Part shown: piece by piece, positions 18,637 through 28,369 of the stretch
Layout of the letters: every line of letters starts with the position of its first letter
How positions within the stretch are numbered: the stretch's first letter is position 1
Assembly (NCBI GenBank): GCA_036679605.1
Contig: JAZDCZ010000011.1
Span: 73,971-137,970 of the forward strand
Direction: 5' to 3'
Length of the DNA: 64,000 nucleotides
From: Gemmatimonadota bacterium
Lineage (GTDB): Bacteria > Gemmatimonadota > Gemmatimonadetes > Gemmatimonadales > GWC2-71-9
Position numbers and translations under genes: made by a program
The notes under the pieces: generated by a model
Told to the model about the DNA's origin: nothing
Seen by the model: the letters and a program-made list of their open reading frames with translations, nothing else
The model's database searches: none

Positions 18637-21636
18637 CTACCGGCCGATTGCCTCGATCGATGCCCTCTCCAGCTGCTCCAGCGAGACACCGTAGATCGAT
18701 TCCAGACGGCTGATATTCGCGCTCCGAGCGGCCTCGTCGCTTACGTTCGCTAGTGTGCGATAAGCCTCCAAGAACTTCTCGCGGCCGTAGTTTTCAATGA
18801 GGAACTTGATGAAGGCCGCGGCCAGCGGATAGGCTATCACCGGTCGGCTTGCCGAGGAGCCGATCTGACTAAAACCGAGCAACTCGGCCAGCGGTATCCA
18901 CTCATCCGCCGCTTTGAGCTGACGCGCTCTGCCAAAGATCGTCTGGTCGCCGCCGCCAAGATATTTCAGCGCGGAAGCGCGCCCGAGGCGCTCGGCTAGA
19001 TAGACGGCTACGCCTTCGCGGAATACGGCCGGCGGATTGCCGACATCGTTCATGACCACGTGCGCGGGCTCGTGATAGGGATCGAGCTTCGTTTGGTCGC
19101 TGTACACCTCGACCATTCGTTTGCCGGTCGCCCAGCCATGACCTTGATGCCCGGTCGCCAGTAACTTGGATCGCTCGTCCTCGAAGAGAAAAAGCTCGAT
19201 CCGCTGCACCTTGGCTGAGGAGACGAACGCAGCAATCTCCGCGTACGCCCGCTCACGTTGTGAGGCGATGGTATCGATATCACGCTCGGCAGTGCTACCG
19301 GGCCAATAGAAGATGTCATAGTACTCGGTCTCACGGTGCTGCATGTCCTGCCGTAGGCGCTCGTCCCAGGACGACCACTCGAGCGCGGCCGGTACGCCAA
19401 TTATCCGATCCACGCGCCACGCGTTTTCCCGTCGAACGACATCCACCGTCCAGGTCTGGTCGGCGCGCTCGGCGGTCAGCGTGAACCCATCGTCGCGTCG
19501 GTATAGTGCGGTGGGATGCAACTCGATGAACTCGTCCCGACTCCAGCTGATGGTGAACCATCGTCCCTCTCCTTGCATCGCGCCGAGAAACTCTGCTGCA
19601 GCATCGTCGAACTCCACCTTCTGCCAATCCCGCGTGAAGATGCTCAAGGCCTGCTCGTATTGCCCGTCGCTAAGTAGTTGCTGCAAGTCGCCGAACACGG
19701 CCATGATCGGTTCCGCCTCCTCAGCAGCCAAGTCGATCGGATCGCCCGCGACCCGCTCGCGTACCGGAAGCTCGTTGGCGAGCAGCTTGCGCTGATCGCC
19801 GAACTTGGCCTGCTCCCAATCACCCTGGGTCAGCAGCGACGAAAAGCGAAGCAGCACGTACGTCTGGGGCGTGACTGGCCCCATGATCTTGTACGGAAAC
19901 CGGAGCGTTCTGGTCTGACCGGCGGCCAGGGGTTCAAAATACGTCTCGCTCGCACCGTACCCCTCCCTGCCGAAGTCGGGGCTCCACGTGAACACGAGGG
20001 TACCGAGTATCAAGTCCGTGGTTGCGGAATTGCGTACCCTGACTCTGACGACGTTTGTTCCTTGGATTATAGGCTCGAAGGCAAGCTCGAGCACCTCCAA
20101 CTTCTCTGCGGCAATCACCTGCCGCCATTCCGATTCGAGCTGCTCAAGTGGCCGACCATAGACCGCTTCCAGACGGCGGATGTTTTCACCGTGAACAGTC
20201 GTGTCGTTCGGGTTCATCAGATTGCTGTGGGCCTCGAAGAACTTTTCCTTACCGTGCTGCTCGACCAAGTACTTCACCAATGCCCCGGCGAGCGGATACG
20301 AGACCCGCGGCCGACTCGACCCGGAGCCAATCTCCGTGAACGAAAGCAACTCGGTGAGCGACATCTCCTCACCGTCGGTCCAGAGCTGTAGGACAGTCTG
20401 GAATACCGTCTTCCCGGGCGCAAACCGGCGCCCGAGGCGCTCGGTCAGGTAGGTGGCCAAACCTTCATTCAGTGCCGCCGGCGGATCGCCGCGCTCATGC
20501 ATCAGCACGTGCGTCGGCTCGTGATAGGGATCGAGCTTCGTTTGGTCGTTGTACACCTCGACCATTCGGTTGCCGGTCGCCCAGCCGGCGCCGGTGTGGC
20601 CTGTCGCGAGCCACTTCGACCGGCCGTCCTCAAACAGAAAGAGCTGGAGCCGTGCCTGGCTAGGCGAAGCGGTCCATCGCGCAATCTCATCGTACGCTCG
20701 CTCCCTCTCCGCGACGATCGATTCGATCTCACGCTCCGCGGTGCTGCCGGGCCAGTAGAAGATGTCATAGTGCTCGGTCTGGCGCTGATGCATTTCCTGG
20801 CGGAGGCGCTCGGCCCAGGACGACCACCCCAGCGCGGCCGGCACGCCGATTATCCGATCGATCCGCCACTCGTTCTCCTCTCGAACGACATCCACCGTCC
20901 AGGTCTGATCGGCGCGCTCGGCGGTCAGCGTGAACCCATCGTCACGTCGGTATAGTGCGGTGGGACGCAACTCGAGAAATTCATCCCGACTCCAGCTGAC
21001 CGCGACCCATCGGCCCTTGCCCTGCATGGCATCGGAGAAGCTCCCCATCCCGGTGAACTCCGTGGCAAGCCAGTCCTGGGTAAACAACTCCCGCGCCGCG
21101 TCATAATCCTGCTCGCGCAACGAGTGCTGCAGACGATCGAAGACATCGAGGATGGGGTGGGCGTCGGCGGCCGATGTCGGGACCGGCACACCGCTGATCA
21201 CTTGGCGGATCGGCAGCTCGTCCGCACCGTATCGACGCATCTCGTCGTGATTGGGATACTCCCATTCGTCCTTGCTCCGCAATGAATAGAAGCGCAGGCG
21301 CACGTACGTTGCGGGCGTTGGTGCGCCCATCATCTTGAAGGCGAAACGGAACGTATTGGTCAGCCCTGCCCCGATAGGTTCGAAGTGTTCGGAGCCGGCC
21401 CCCCACCCTCCCCCAAGGTCCGGGGACCTGGCGTAAATGTGCACGCCGAAGACCAGGTCGACTGCTCGCGGGTTGTGGACCTTGATTCTGACCACATTCT
21501 TGCCTTGGGCAACGGGATCGAATGTGACCGCAAGCACGCTCAGCTTGTCGGACTCAGTTGCCTGTGCGGACCCCGTGGCGCTCGCGGCAAACACGATTGA
21601 GAGTCCGATGGTGATGCTCGCGACGATTGACTTCAT
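18637..21636 (-). CDS. exported, internally duplicated zinc-peptidase-like (peptidase MA-type) protein
   Basis: Signal peptide from ATG 21636 (RBS GGAGG). Two ~483-aa units with HEPTH..NEGLA and HEPAH..REGVA. Confidence 0.75.
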   Translation of the reverse strand: MKSIVASITIGLSIVFAASATGSAQATESDKLSVLAVTFDPVAQGKNVVRIKVHNPRAVDLVFGVHIYARSPDLGGGWGAGSEHFEPIGAGLTNTFRFAFKMMGAPTPATYVRLRFYSLRSKDEWEYPNHDEMRRYGADELPIRQVISGVPVPTSAADAHPILDVFDRLQHSLREQDYDAARELFTQDWLATEFTGMGSFSDAMQGKGRWVAVSWSRDEFLELRPTALYRRDDGFTLTAERADQTWTVDVVREENEWRIDRIIGVPAALGWSSWAERLRQEMHQRQTEHYDIFYWPGSTAEREIESIVAERERAYDEIARWTASPSQARLQLFLFEDGRSKWLATGHTGAGWATGNRMVEVYNDQTKLDPYHEPTHVLMHERGDPPAALNEGLATYLTERLGRRFAPGKTVFQTVLQLWTDGEEMSLTELLSFTEIGSGSSRPRVSYPLAGALVKYLVEQHGKEKFFEAHSNLMNPNDTTVHGENIRRLEAVYGRPLEQLESEWRQVIAAEKLEVLELAFEPIIQGTNVVRVRVRNSATTDLILGTLVFTWSPDFGREGYGASETYFEPLAAGQTRTLRFPYKIMGPVTPQTYVLLRFSSLLTQGDWEQAKFGDQRKLLANELPVRERVAGDPIDLAAEEAEPIMAVFGDLQQLLSDGQYEQALSIFTRDWQKVEFDDAAAEFLGAMQGEGRWFTISWSRDEFIELHPTALYRRDDGFTLTAERADQTWTVDVVRRENAWRVDRIIGVPAALEWSSWDERLRQDMQHRETEYYDIFYWPGSTAERDIDTIASQRERAYAEIAAFVSSAKVQRIELFLFEDERSKLLATGHQGHGWATGKRMVEVYSDQTKLDPYHEPAHVVMNDVGNPPAVFREGVAVYLAERLGRASALKYLGGGDQTIFGRARQLKAADEWIPLAELLGFSQIGSSASRPVIAYPLAAAFIKFLIENYGREKFLEAYRTLANVSDEAARSANISRLESIYGVSLEQLERASIEAIGR

Positions 21637-21661
21637 GAGCGAAGCTCTCCTCCGAGGCCAA

Positions 21662-21718
21662 CTAGTATCAAATAAGACTATTAGTACCAATTAGGACTAT
21701 TAGTACCACTATACGTAG
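21662..21718. promoter_or_regulatory. three tandem 19-bp boxes, putative operator
   Basis: CTAGTATCAAATAAGACTA, TTAGTACCAATTAGGACTA, TTAGTACCACTATACGTAG. Confidence 0.6.
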
Positions 21719-21888
21719 GGCGTCGCGGAATCGCAAGGTTACCGGATGGGCGTAGCGACTCGGGCGATAGAGGCTCGATCGCGTTGGCTCTCTTCTTAAT
21801 GAAGGGATTACCGAATCGGGCGCACTTTCCTAAGGCGTCAATCGTCCAACTTGATGCTGCGACGATGGACGGGGACGTTACTCCGGCT

Positions 21889-24603
21889 TCATTCCTCTCT
21901 AAGCGCCACGATTGGACTTACCCTCGTCGCCCTACGTGCGGGAACATAGCAAGCGAGAAGTGACACAGCGGCGATTCCGGCCGCGGCCACTCCGTACGTC
22001 AGGGGGTCGACTGATTTCACGTCGAAAAGCATGGCGGTCATGAGGCGCGTGAGCCCGGCGGCTGCCGGCAGACCGATGGCTACGCCGACGAGCGCAACGA
22101 ATCCGCCCTGGAGCAGCACGAGCTGCCTCACGTCTTGTTGTTGTGCGCCGAGTGCCATGCGCACGCCGATTTCTCGGGTGCGCCGAGCGACAACATATGA
22201 GATCACACCGTAGGTACCCACAGCGCCCAATGCAACGGCTACTACCGTCGCTATGCCCAGCATTACCAGCGCGAACGACGTGCGCGCCATGGACCGTGCG
22301 AGGATCTCGTCTAATGTCTGTGCATTGGCAAGTGGAAGGTTGGAGTTCAGCGACCATACAACCTGGCGGACCTCAGGCAACAGAGTCATAGGACTTGGGC
22401 GTGTTGTCCGAATCGCGTACGTCATCCGCCGCTGTACGAAGATCCCGTCCCCGTCGAAGTCGGCCAGGACGAACGGAATGTAGACCGTGGCCGGCGCATT
22501 CCGGGCTACTCCATTGTCATGAACGTTGCCGACTACTCCGATGATCTCACGCCATGGCTCGCTGGAGGACGGGCGGATTCGCTTGCCAACGGCATCCTCC
22601 ACCTCACCCCAGTATTTGCGGGCGAAGTTCTCGGCCACGACTACCACTGGCTTGCGTTCGCGAATATCGTCCCTCGTGAAGCTCCGACCGGCGAGCACAG
22701 GGCTTTCCATGGTCGCGAAGTAATCGGCCGCAACGAACTTGATCCAATGGACTGGCGGAAGCTGTCCTGAGCGTGTGGGAAAGTCTTCCAACTCTATGGC
22801 GTAGCCTCCGCCTCCGGTCGGACCCATCGGTACCGATGACGCCGACGTGGCGCTGGTTACACCCGGAAGCCGCGTCACTCGATCGAGAACTTGCTCTACC
22901 ATCTGCGCGGCACGTTCTGGATCACGGATCTCAGACGACGTAAGCGTGAGGCTTACCACGAACACCTCCCCGGGACGCTCGAAACCGGGCTCGATATTCC
23001 TAAGCGCTTGGAAGCTTCGGATCATGAGCCCCGAGCCAATCAAGAGGATAAGAGAGACAGCGACTTCGAACGCCGCCAGCAAGTTACGGAGCCTGTGCCG
23101 TTGGGGTGCGTCGCTAGCGCCTCGTTCGCCTCCTCTGAGAGCAACGGCGACGTCGAGACGCCCGTGGTGCATCACAGGAAAGAGACCGAAGAGGAGGCCG
23201 GCCAGTGTCGAGATCACGAAACAAAAAAGCAGCACCGTTGGGTCGATAGTGATCTCACTGAGTCGCGGCAGCTCTCCAGGCCCGATGCGAAGCAGTAGCC
23301 GAAGTCCGACGTAGGCAACGCCGAGGCCCAGCGCACCACCCAGAATCCCGAACAGCGTGCTTTCGACGAGGGACTGGACCGCAATCCGGGATCGAGCCGC
23401 CCCGATCGCGGAGCGGATAGCGATCTCACGCTGCCGCGTCTCGGCGCGCACTAGAAATAGGTTGCCTACATTGGCGCAGGCGATGAAAAGTACGAGGCCG
23501 ACGGCACCGAGAAGAACCCATAAGACGCTTCCTATATCACCTATCAGCACGTCTTTGAGCGGGCGCACTATCGTACCGAATCGTGCGTCCTCGAGCATGT
23601 CTGCCGTAAGCCCGCGAGAAAACCGCTTCGGAGCGAGAGGGAGCATTCGTGCGGCATCATCCAACGCCTCACTGAGCCCGACGCCCGGACGCAGGCGCGC
23701 AATCGCTTGATAGCTGAAGTCTGTGAGGGCGACTGTCGACCGGTCGATTTGAAATGGGAGATAGATGGCGGGATCATGTTGCAGGAATCGGAAACCCTCA
23801 GGCATTACCCCGATGATTTCGGACTCCACTCCGTCGATACGAAGCGATCGTCCCAGAACGTTGCGGTCGCCACCGAAACGTCGGCGCCAGTAGCCGTTGC
23901 CGAGAATGACAGTCGGTGCTGCTTCCGGGGCTACGTCATCAGGGACAAACCTGCGACCGATCGCGGCGCGAATGCGAAGCAGCGGGAAGATGCCGTCGGT
24001 GACGCGCACTGCCTGCACCTGCTCGGGCTGGTCCATTCCCGTCACCGCCGTTCGGATGGCCTGCCAAAGCCCTATATCCTCGAACACGCGACTCTCGTCG
24101 CGGAAGATGAGGTACGTCGCGCGCGACGCGGGAATCTCGTCGAAGCCTAGGCCGGGGGCCGTATGCGAGACAGCGACCAACTCATCCGACCTGTCGAGCC
24201 GAAGCGGCTTCAACAGCACACCGTTCACCACGCTGAATATCGCCGTGGTGGCACCGATGCCGAGCGCAAGAGTAAGGATGGCAACGGCCGTGAACATCGG
24301 TTGGCGTTGGAACCCGCGGAGAGCGTAACTGATTTCTCTTACGAGTGTTGTCACTAGATGGTCTCCACTTCTGTGGCGTTGGGTCATGGACCAGCGCTCC
24401 TCCTGGCGTTCCTGGACTGCCGACCACACGAGGTCGAAGACGTGGAAGGTCCAGAAGAAGATCACCGCCATCCGACCGCGGCGTTCGCGGATTTCCTTGG
24501 ATTTGGAGGTCAAGAGGTCGACGACTTCTTCTTCGTGTCGATTGCGAAAGTCCTTGGGGAAGAGGCGCAGCAGCCAGTGCAACAGTTTGTCCATGAGCTT
24601 CAC
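21889..24603 (-). CDS. ADOP-type duplicated ABC permease, module 4 (class B head)
   Basis: GTG 24603 overlaps the padR TGA (alternative start ATG 24594). Head LLRLFPKDFR. IACANVGNLF, REIGVRMALGA. Confidence 0.92.
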   Translation of the reverse strand: MKLMDKLLHWLLRLFPKDFRNRHEEEVVDLLTSKSKEIRERRGRMAVIFFWTFHVFDLVWSAVQERQEERWSMTQRHRSGDHLVTTLVREISYALRGFQRQPMFTAVAILTLALGIGATTAIFSVVNGVLLKPLRLDRSDELVAVSHTAPGLGFDEIPASRATYLIFRDESRVFEDIGLWQAIRTAVTGMDQPEQVQAVRVTDGIFPLLRIRAAIGRRFVPDDVAPEAAPTVILGNGYWRRRFGGDRNVLGRSLRIDGVESEIIGVMPEGFRFLQHDPAIYLPFQIDRSTVALTDFSYQAIARLRPGVGLSEALDDAARMLPLAPKRFSRGLTADMLEDARFGTIVRPLKDVLIGDIGSVLWVLLGAVGLVLFIACANVGNLFLVRAETRQREIAIRSAIGAARSRIAVQSLVESTLFGILGGALGLGVAYVGLRLLLRIGPGELPRLSEITIDPTVLLFCFVISTLAGLLFGLFPVMHHGRLDVAVALRGGERGASDAPQRHRLRNLLAAFEVAVSLILLIGSGLMIRSFQALRNIEPGFERPGEVFVVSLTLTSSEIRDPERAAQMVEQVLDRVTRLPGVTSATSASSVPMGPTGGGGYAIELEDFPTRSGQLPPVHWIKFVAADYFATMESPVLAGRSFTRDDIRERKPVVVVAENFARKYWGEVEDAVGKRIRPSSSEPWREIIGVVGNVHDNGVARNAPATVYIPFVLADFDGDGIFVQRRMTYAIRTTRPSPMTLLPEVRQVVWSLNSNLPLANAQTLDEILARSMARTSFALVMLGIATVVAVALGAVGTYGVISYVVARRTREIGVRMALGAQQQDVRQLVLLQGGFVALVGVAIGLPAAAGLTRLMTAMLFDVKSVDPLTYGVAAAGIAAVSLLACYVPARRATRVSPIVALREE

Positions 24604-24944
24604 AGTTCGAAGAGGTGCGCATCGCGAGCCCACGTGACCATGCTGTGGAACACGCGCGCCTCGGCAGCCGCGCGCTGGCGCCCGTTAGGGGTCAACCGAT
24701 AGTAGCGGCGTTGGCTATGGACCTGCGTCTCTGGTCTGACTTCCGTGATCAGCCCGGCATTCACTAGGAGCTTGATCGATCGATAGAGTGAACCCGCCCC
24801 GATCGAGAATTCTCCGTCGGTGCGTTCTTCGATCTCCTGCATGATGGCGTATCCATGCCGCTCGCTCGCGCTCAGGGCCAGCAGGATCTGAAACATTAGG
24901 GGCGTCAGTTTTGACGCCTCGTCGGTACAGGGTCGTCTACCCAT
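24600..24944 (-). CDS. PadR-family regulator, class B
   Basis: LTPLMFQILLAL, HGYAI, GSLYRSI, RRYYRLT. Start moved to ATG 24944. Confidence 0.92.
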   Translation of the reverse strand: MGRRPCTDEASKLTPLMFQILLALSASERHGYAIMQEIEERTDGEFSIGAGSLYRSIKLLVNAGLITEVRPETQVHSQRRYYRLTPNGRQRAAAEARVFHSMVTWARDAHLFEL

Positions 24945-25186
24945 TCGACATAGCCATATTGCACATGTGATTAATACATATATTAGCGCGGGACGCTGAT
25001 GGAGGCAAGGGGCCACTTCTGTAGTCTGTCAAGAGGAGTGTGTTGGCTCGGCTGCTCGGGAACACGCACCAAGACCGGACCGATCGATCTGGTCCCCGTC
25101 CACCGAGACGGTGTTCAAATAGGTAGATAAACGATTTACTGACAACAATATAGAGGTCTCTCGCTTTTCGGCGAAACCCGATCAAC

Positions 25187-25220
25187 TATTCCCTCGTAGG
25201 ATATATCGCACCGAGGAATA
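25187..25220. promoter_or_regulatory. imperfect palindrome, putative class B PadR operator
   Basis: TATTCCCTCGTAGGATATATCGCACCGAGGAATA, readable as two TAT-N11-ATA 17-mers. Confidence 0.5.
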
Positions 25221-25234
25221 ACTAGCGAGGTCCG

Positions 25235-25618
25235 ATGAAGTCTCAAGATCGACGTGCCGGAACCAACAGTGGACGGGCCGAGGGCTTGTTACCTCTATCG
25301 ATCCAGGTATTCCAGATCCTGCTGTCGCTGAGCGAACAGGACCTTCACGGCTACGCCCTGATCGGAGACATCAGGGACCGAACGTCCGGCGAGCTGGTGC
25401 TGAGCACCAGCTCGCTGTACGGCGCGATCAAGCGGATGATGCGCGACGGGCTGATAGAGAAATCGGAGCTACGCCCGGATCCGGAGTTGGAGGATGAGCG
25501 GCGCCGCTACTATCGCATAACCCCATTCGGCCGCGAGGTGGCCGAGTGCGAGGCGCGGAGAATCGAGCGCCTCGCCGCACAGGTCAGGGGCAAGCAGTTC
25601 CTGCCAAGGACCACGTGA
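25235..25618 (+). CDS. PadR-family regulator, class B
   Basis: LLPLSIQVFQILLSL, HGYAL, DERRRYYRIT. Confidence 0.93.
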   Translation: MKSQDRRAGTNSGRAEGLLPLSIQVFQILLSLSEQDLHGYALIGDIRDRTSGELVLSTSSLYGAIKRMMRDGLIEKSELRPDPELEDERRRYYRITPFGREVAECEARRIERLAAQVRGKQFLPRTT

Positions 25619-25645
25619 CAGAGTGTCCCGGAGCCATCCTCCACA

Positions 25646-28351
25646 GTGATGAACGAGCCGGTATCCATTCGACTATTCGCGATCATGGCCAGATTACTGC
25701 CTCCGTCGTTCAGACGCGAGTTCGCCGACGAGCTATGCGCTGCCTTTGCAGACCAGGACCGCGGTACTGCAGACGGCCGGTCGCGGTTTTGGTTCAGGGA
25801 GGTTGGCGGTCTCCTACTCACTGCATTGCGCGAATACCGCGAGCTACTAATCGGCCGGCGCCCGCGTAGGCCCAAGCGACCGGCCGAGCCGGAATTTCCC
25901 AAAAGGAGCAAAGAGATGATGGCATCGGTCCGAAAGGACGTGACATATGCGTTTCGCATGATGCTCAAGACGCCCGTCGTGACGGTGATCGCTGTGATTT
26001 CGTTGGCCCTGGGCGTGGCCGCAAATACTATGATCTTCAGTTTGGTCAACTCGTGGTTGCTTCGGCCCCTACCGTACCCCGACGCTGATCGCATCGTGAT
26101 GGTGTGGGAGAACGATTTCACGGATTCCGACGACACCGATGCCGTGAGTCCGGCGAATTTTTTCGACTGGCAGGAACAATCGGGGAGTCTCGATCAATGG
26201 ATCGCCGCGGGGTTCCGGCAGGCAAACCTCACGGGCATCGATCAGCCTCGCCAGCTCTCAGTGGCAAGTGTGACGCCCGGTTTCTTCGACCTTCTCGGCT
26301 CCAAGCCGATCCTGGGCAGAACGTTCCGAGCTGACGAGGGCGGAGACGAGGACGCGCCGGTCGTGGTTCTCAACGAGACGTTGTGGCGTAATCAGTTCGG
26401 CGATTCTCCCGACATTGTGGGTCAGTCCATTACTCTAGACGGTGCCGGATACACGGTTGTGGGAGTGGTGCCGGAAACGTTCGATTTTCTTCTGGGAACA
26501 GTGAGCATGTGGATCGCGGAGGACTTCACGGACCAACGTCACGAACGGGATACTCGGTCGCTGGTCGTAACCGCCAGACTAAGTGCCGGCGTCTCCGTTT
26601 CTCAGGTCCAAACCGAGATGAGCGCCATCGCCGGGCGTCTGTCGGAGCTGTACCCTGAGACCAACACCGACCGCGGCGTCAACATCGAGACCCTACGCGA
26701 ACAGTTTCCCGGTCCGACGGACAGGGCGCTCATTAGCATCCTGATGGGTGTGGTGTTCCTGGTTCTATTGATTGCGTGCGCCAACATCGCGAGCTTGCTC
26801 CTGGCCAAGACGGATGCGCGGCAAAAGGAGATCGCCGTACGCACAGCCCTCGGTGCGGGTAAGACGCGCCTGGTGCGGCAACTCCTCACTGAGAGCATCG
26901 TGACCGCCGCGATCGCCGGCGGGTTCGGTATTCTCATGTCGGTTTGGGCCGTGGGCCTCCTGACTACCGCTCTTCCTCCAGAGATTCCGAGCATCTACAT
27001 GCCGAGTCTCGACCTTCCGACGCTCGGGTTCGCGTTGTTGGCCTCGCTTTTCGCTGGCATAACGTTTGGATTGAGTCCGGCTGTGCACGCCGCCAGTGGC
27101 GGCACGCGGTCGCATCTGTTGGAGGGTGGCCGAGGAGGCACTTCAGGAAAGAAAAAGAAGCGCCTGCGGGGACTCTTCGTAATGGCGGAGTTCGCCATGG
27201 CGCTCGCCGTGCTTACGGGAGCCGCCGCCCTGACCGATCTCTTCCACTCGAGGCTTGCAGTCGATGCCGGGTTCAACCCAGACCGGCTGCTGTCGGTAGA
27301 ACTGATGCTTCCGGAACACAAGTATGAGGACGACGCGGCAGTGGTCGCGTTCGTAGACGCTGCGGGACGTGAGTTGGACGAGTTGCCGGGTTCGGAAGGC
27401 TGGAGTTTCATGAACGTCCTACCCAGAACCCGGAGCATACCGACGAGCGAGTTTACGATCGACGGGCATCTAACGGAGGAGAGTGAAGAACGGACGACGA
27501 CCTGGCTGAGCGTCAGCCCGCAATACCTCAGGACGATGAACATAGCGCTCATGGGCGGACGAGACTTCCGCACGAGCGACAGAGCAGACGCACCACCCGT
27601 AGTCATGGTGAATCAGCGTTTTGCAGACCAGTTCTTCGACGGTCAGGACCTTATAGGACGGAGAATCACGATACAGGAGCAGTCCAGGGAGATTGTCGGC
27701 GTGGTCAAGAACATAGCCCAAACGAGACTCACCGGCCTCACACCACGTGCCCCGTCAGTGTACTTCCCATTGGCGCAAAGACCGACTCGGAGTTTACGGT
27801 TGGTCGCACGGGCGGCAGCCGATCCGGCGCAACTGACTGGAGCAATCCAGAACGCAGTCTGGGCGGTCGACGCGGAGCAGCCGATCGCCGCCGTGCAAAC
27901 AGTAGATGAATACATTGAGCGCCAGCTCGCCGGTCCCAATCTGATGACCCAGATACTCTACGTGGTGGGCTTCCTCGCGTTGGCCCTGGCGGCAATCGGC
28001 ATCTACGGCGTGATGGCGTATTCGGTATCGCAACAGACGAACGAGATCGGAATTCGAATGGCCTTGGGAGCAAATCCACGAGACGTGCTGACCCGTGTCA
28101 CCAAACAGGGGCTGGTGCTCGCAGGTGTGGGCCTCCTCATGGGTATACCGCTGGCAGCAGTGCTGACGAGACTCATCAACAAGATGGGTGAGGCCGCTTC
28201 ATCGGAAGGTCTGGGCACCGTCATGACCGTTGCAGTGGGTCCAATGGTCGGGGTGGTCATGGTGCTCGCTGGCGTGGGCGTTATCGCCTGTTATCTGCCG
28301 GCCCGCCGAGCGACAAAGATCGATCCGATCGTTGCGCTGCAGCAAGAATAG
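25646..28351 (+). CDS. ADOP-type duplicated ABC permease, module 5 (class B head)
   Basis: Head RLLPPSFRREFADE. IACANIASLL, NEIGIRMALGA. Confidence 0.93.
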   Translation: MMNEPVSIRLFAIMARLLPPSFRREFADELCAAFADQDRGTADGRSRFWFREVGGLLLTALREYRELLIGRRPRRPKRPAEPEFPKRSKEMMASVRKDVTYAFRMMLKTPVVTVIAVISLALGVAANTMIFSLVNSWLLRPLPYPDADRIVMVWENDFTDSDDTDAVSPANFFDWQEQSGSLDQWIAAGFRQANLTGIDQPRQLSVASVTPGFFDLLGSKPILGRTFRADEGGDEDAPVVVLNETLWRNQFGDSPDIVGQSITLDGAGYTVVGVVPETFDFLLGTVSMWIAEDFTDQRHERDTRSLVVTARLSAGVSVSQVQTEMSAIAGRLSELYPETNTDRGVNIETLREQFPGPTDRALISILMGVVFLVLLIACANIASLLLAKTDARQKEIAVRTALGAGKTRLVRQLLTESIVTAAIAGGFGILMSVWAVGLLTTALPPEIPSIYMPSLDLPTLGFALLASLFAGITFGLSPAVHAASGGTRSHLLEGGRGGTSGKKKKRLRGLFVMAEFAMALAVLTGAAALTDLFHSRLAVDAGFNPDRLLSVELMLPEHKYEDDAAVVAFVDAAGRELDELPGSEGWSFMNVLPRTRSIPTSEFTIDGHLTEESEERTTTWLSVSPQYLRTMNIALMGGRDFRTSDRADAPPVVMVNQRFADQFFDGQDLIGRRITIQEQSREIVGVVKNIAQTRLTGLTPRAPSVYFPLAQRPTRSLRLVARAAADPAQLTGAIQNAVWAVDAEQPIAAVQTVDEYIERQLAGPNLMTQILYVVGFLALALAAIGIYGVMAYSVSQQTNEIGIRMALGANPRDVLTRVTKQGLVLAGVGLLMGIPLAAVLTRLINKMGEAASSEGLGTVMTVAVGPMVGVVMVLAGVGVIACYLPARRATKIDPIVALQQE

Positions 28352-28369
28352 TGTCTCACTCCGCGCTCC

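Noticed and set aside
18637..21636. Diversity-generating retroelement TR/VR explanation for the near-identical segments
   Set aside because: No reverse transcriptase is present, and both copies are coding parts of a whole-domain duplication.
5835..25131. AGGTAGATAAA shared by two intergenic regions (5835 and 25121)
   Set aside because: A single 11-bp match in AT-rich promoter DNA is too weak to support.
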